NCBI GenBank assembly: GCA_963701025.1
Contig: OY969557.1
Coordinates: forward strand, 442,042 to 506,041
Direction: 5' to 3'
Source: an uncultured bacterium
Lineage (GTDB): Bacteria > Patescibacteriota > Minisyncoccia > Phycocordibacterales > PALSA-1337
DNA length: 64,000 nucleotides
Positions 62,905-64,000 of this stretch are shown here, piece by piece. A model generated the notes under the pieces. That model was not told the DNA's origin and did not search any database. It worked only from the letters and a program-made list of their open reading frames with translations. A program made the translations under genes and the position numbers. The stretch's first letter is position 1, and each line of letters begins with the position of its first letter.

Positions 62905-63291
62905 TTACCATATCTTGAATAGAATCTCGCCGCCGAGCTTGTTCTTCTTGGCCTCCATGTCGGTCATGATGCCTTTGGAAGTGGAGAGAACTAGATTGCC
63001 GAAGCCGCTCCTGAATGAACGGATATCGCTGGCTTTCTGATATAAGCGGCGGGACGGCTTGGACAAGCGCTCTACCCCGTGGATGCGCGGCTCGCCGTCG
63101 AAGTAGACCAGGCCGAGCTCGATCTCTCGCCTGGTCTTCGACTTCTCGACTGAAGATAAATAGCCGGCCTTCTTCAGGCTGTGGGCCACGTTCTCGGCGA
63201 ACTTCGAGGCGAGGACCGCAACGGATGCTTTCTTGGCGTCGCTACCGTTCTTGATGCGGATGATGAGGTCTGATATAGGGTCGGTTACCAT
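62905..63291 (-). CDS. rpsH: 30S ribosomal protein S8
   Basis: MVTDPISDLIIRIKN, SKPSRRLY, STSKGIMT, GGE. Confidence 0.96.
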   Translation of the reverse strand: MVTDPISDLIIRIKNGSDAKKASVAVLASKFAENVAHSLKKAGYLSSVEKSKTRREIELGLVYFDGEPRIHGVERLSKPSRRLYQKASDIRSFRSGFGNLVLSTSKGIMTDMEAKKNKLGGEILFKIW

Positions 63292-63326
63292 GATAGTAAT
63301 TGAAAATTGGAATTGAGAATTGGTGA

Positions 63327-63512
63327 TTACCACGAAGACTTCTTGATACCGGGAATGGCGCCTTCGTTGGCGAATTCGCGGAAACAGATGCGGCACATGT
63401 CGAAGTCGCGCATATAGCCGTGCTTCCTGCCGCAGCGGAAACAGCGCCGGACCACGCGCGACTTGAATTTCGGCTTTTTCTTGGAGCGGGCTATGACTGC
63501 TTTTGTGGCCAT
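63327..63512 (-). CDS. rpsN: 30S ribosomal protein S14, Zn-binding type Z
   Basis: RCFRCGR...MCRICFRE.A..G.IPGIKKSSW, 61 aa. Confidence 0.96.
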   Translation of the reverse strand: MATKAVIARSKKKPKFKSRVVRRCFRCGRKHGYMRDFDMCRICFREFANEGAIPGIKKSSW

Positions 63513-63735
63513 GTGTATTTCCGCAAAATAAATCGGACTGGTCAGCTATTCGGCCGGTCTTTCGAGCCGGGCGCGACGTGCTTCCAATCATTTCCTCATA
63601 AAAACCTGGTTTTGAGAGGTAAGGATGATACTAGCAGATGGGTGAAAAGGAGTCAAACCAGCGGGTAAGAAAGCGTCCGGGGAATCGTCTGGATTTAATG
63701 GGAAAGCACCTATTACCAATATTAAAATAACCAAC

Positions 63736-64000
63736 ATGAAATACAATCTCATTCGTACTTCCATAGGCATAGGGTCGGCGGGTATACTCGGAGCGCTCGC
63801 GTATTGCTGCGCCGCCGCGTTCGTCCAAGCACAGGCCTTCAATCCGATCTCATCCCAGGCCGGAGCCGGTTCGACAGGCGTCGCAGTATCCGCCCTCCAG
63901 AGATTCCTGGCGAGCGACCCCGCGGTTTATCCGCAAGGGCTCGTCACCGGCTATTACGGACCGCTGACCGCCGACGCCGTGACGAACTTCCAGATCGGCT
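63736..64000 (+). CDS. Secreted peptidoglycan-binding domain protein (runs off the window)
   Basis: Manual translation: signal peptide, then GSTG.AVSALQRFLA..YPQGLVTGYYGPLT..AV..FQ. Confidence 0.8.
   Translation, partial: MKYNLIRTSIGIGSAGILGALAYCCAAAFVQAQAFNPISSQAGAGSTGVAVSALQRFLASDPAVYPQGLVTGYYGPLTADAVTNFQIG

Overview
The window is chromosomal DNA from a Patescibacteria (CPR) bacterium, probably Parcubacteria. Evidence: no rpmD/L30 between rpsE and rplO, a shortened RF2, DUF5652/DUF5666 proteins, a complete type IV pilus/competence cluster and tRNA-Ile(UAU). Housekeeping genes include pyrG, ftsEX, prfB, gatCA, ligA, tyrS, recG, ftsH, smpB+tmRNA, infC-rpmI-rplT, ndk, map, adk, secY and the end of the spc operon. 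There are 8 tRNA genes, a serine recombinase at tRNA-Gln, a flavinylation module and a ~5 kb FN3/Cys-rich surface protein gene. Many essential genes carry 1-bp frameshifts, which I treat as consensus/assembly errors. The most notable observations are: (1) a 190-nt ORF-less group I intron at position 36/37 of tRNA-Thr(GGU), next to a free-standing HNH gene between two tRNA-Thr genes; (2) an unassigned, promoter- and terminator-bounded double-pseudoknot ncRNA convergent with tmRNA; (3) a three-gene operon of two small paralogues plus a clan-CD (caspase/gingipain-like) protease next to tRNA-Ile; (4) a repeat-delimited array of toxin-antitoxin remnants between two pilin genes; (5) several families of micro-repeats (heptamer tracts, a 22-bp AATTAG element, GC palindromes), some inserted in-frame in essential genes; (6) an 83-bp hairpin/promoter module shared by pilM and ftsH; (7) a 6S-RNA-like gene and pervasive leaderless promoters. 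All structures and alignments were read by eye; no searches were run.
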